From assembly GCF_963921235.1 (NCBI RefSeq), contig NC_086107.1, positions 109,618,001 through 109,682,000 on the forward strand: a stretch of 64,000 nt of DNA, written 5' to 3'. Made by a program: the position numbers and the translations under genes. Below are positions 63,271-64,000 of the stretch, piece after piece (position 1 is the stretch's first letter; each line of letters begins with the position of its first letter). The notes beneath the pieces were generated by a model, which searched no databases, had not been told where the DNA came from, and saw nothing but the letters and a program-made list of their open reading frames with translations. Origin of the DNA: Mobula hypostoma. Its lineage: Eukaryota.

Positions 63271-63682
63271 GTTTATTCCCCTCCATAGATGCTGCCTGAC
63301 CTGCTGAGTTCCACCAGAATTATGTGTGTGTGCTTAAGATTTCCAGCGTCTGCAAATTGAAGTCTTTAACATAAACGGATTATCTTTTCAACACCATGAG
63401 CAGAAAACCACAAGCTACGAGCCCTGCTTTCAGTGCTGGAGGGTTGCACTGGATATCACCGAAGGAGAGAAGACAACTCTTTACTAGTGCCTTTGATCCA
63501 TTTTAGGGACCTAGTAATTCTGTCATCAGGGAAGCAAACTACATTCAAATAGCGCCTCCTGGGGTGGGGGGAGGAGGAAGGAAAGATGAAAGCAAAGTTC
63601 ACATTTTTTAATAGCACTTTCCCCATCCTCAGGACACCCCAGAACATTGGTTGAGCAATTTAATAATTTCATAGCATCATAT

Positions 63683-64000
63683 ACAGTGCCTTGAAAAAAT
63701 ATTCCACCCCCACAACTAGTTTCACATCTTACTGCCTCATTTTCTAAATTTAATATACTGAAGTAGGATTTTTTTTTGAGCTAATCTACAAAACGTTGTG
63801 CATCATGTCAAATCAAAAGGAAAAATTCCAAAACCTGTCAATAATTTAGTAAGAATTAAAAATCAAACTCGAGGCTGAAAAAAAAATCGTTTCCTTTGTA
63901 ATTACTGATATCCCCTCAGGTACAATTCTGTAAATTACCTTACCAACTCGCCCAATTGGTTGATGCAGAAATTGGAGGATCACCATTTTCAATGAAAACC
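63683..64000 (+). mobile_element. Left end of a Tc1-like element running off the window
   Basis: TA-CAGTGCCTTGAAAAAATATTC..ACCCC, a Tc1-type terminus followed by AT-rich subterminal sequence. Confidence 0.55.

Overview
Repeat-dense vertebrate genomic DNA. The repeat families suggest a cartilaginous fish, probably a ray (inference). Two host genes are recognisable, both on the minus strand: coding exon 1 of an R-Ras-family GTPase (RRAS/RRAS2-like, 10879-10977) with a CpG-rich promoter, and an intact single-coding-exon Kir6-type KATP channel subunit (KCNJ11-like, possibly the Kir6.3 paralog, 59515-60717). Most of the rest is nested mobile DNA: a 5'-complete but dead CR1 LINE with an esterase ORF1, Rex1/Babar, RTE, Tx1 and HERO fragments, Gypsy remnants, hAT, Tc1/mariner and Chapaev3 DNA transposons, MITEs and SINEs. 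The most notable signal is a dispersed Penelope-derived repeat carrying a minimal type I hammerhead ribozyme core (CTGANGA...GAAACGTC), with about 15 intact or decayed copies. Also notable are composite and palindromic MITE architectures and a minisatellite born inside a LINE. All TE family names come from motif recognition by eye, not database searches, and TE boundaries are approximate unless a TSD is cited.
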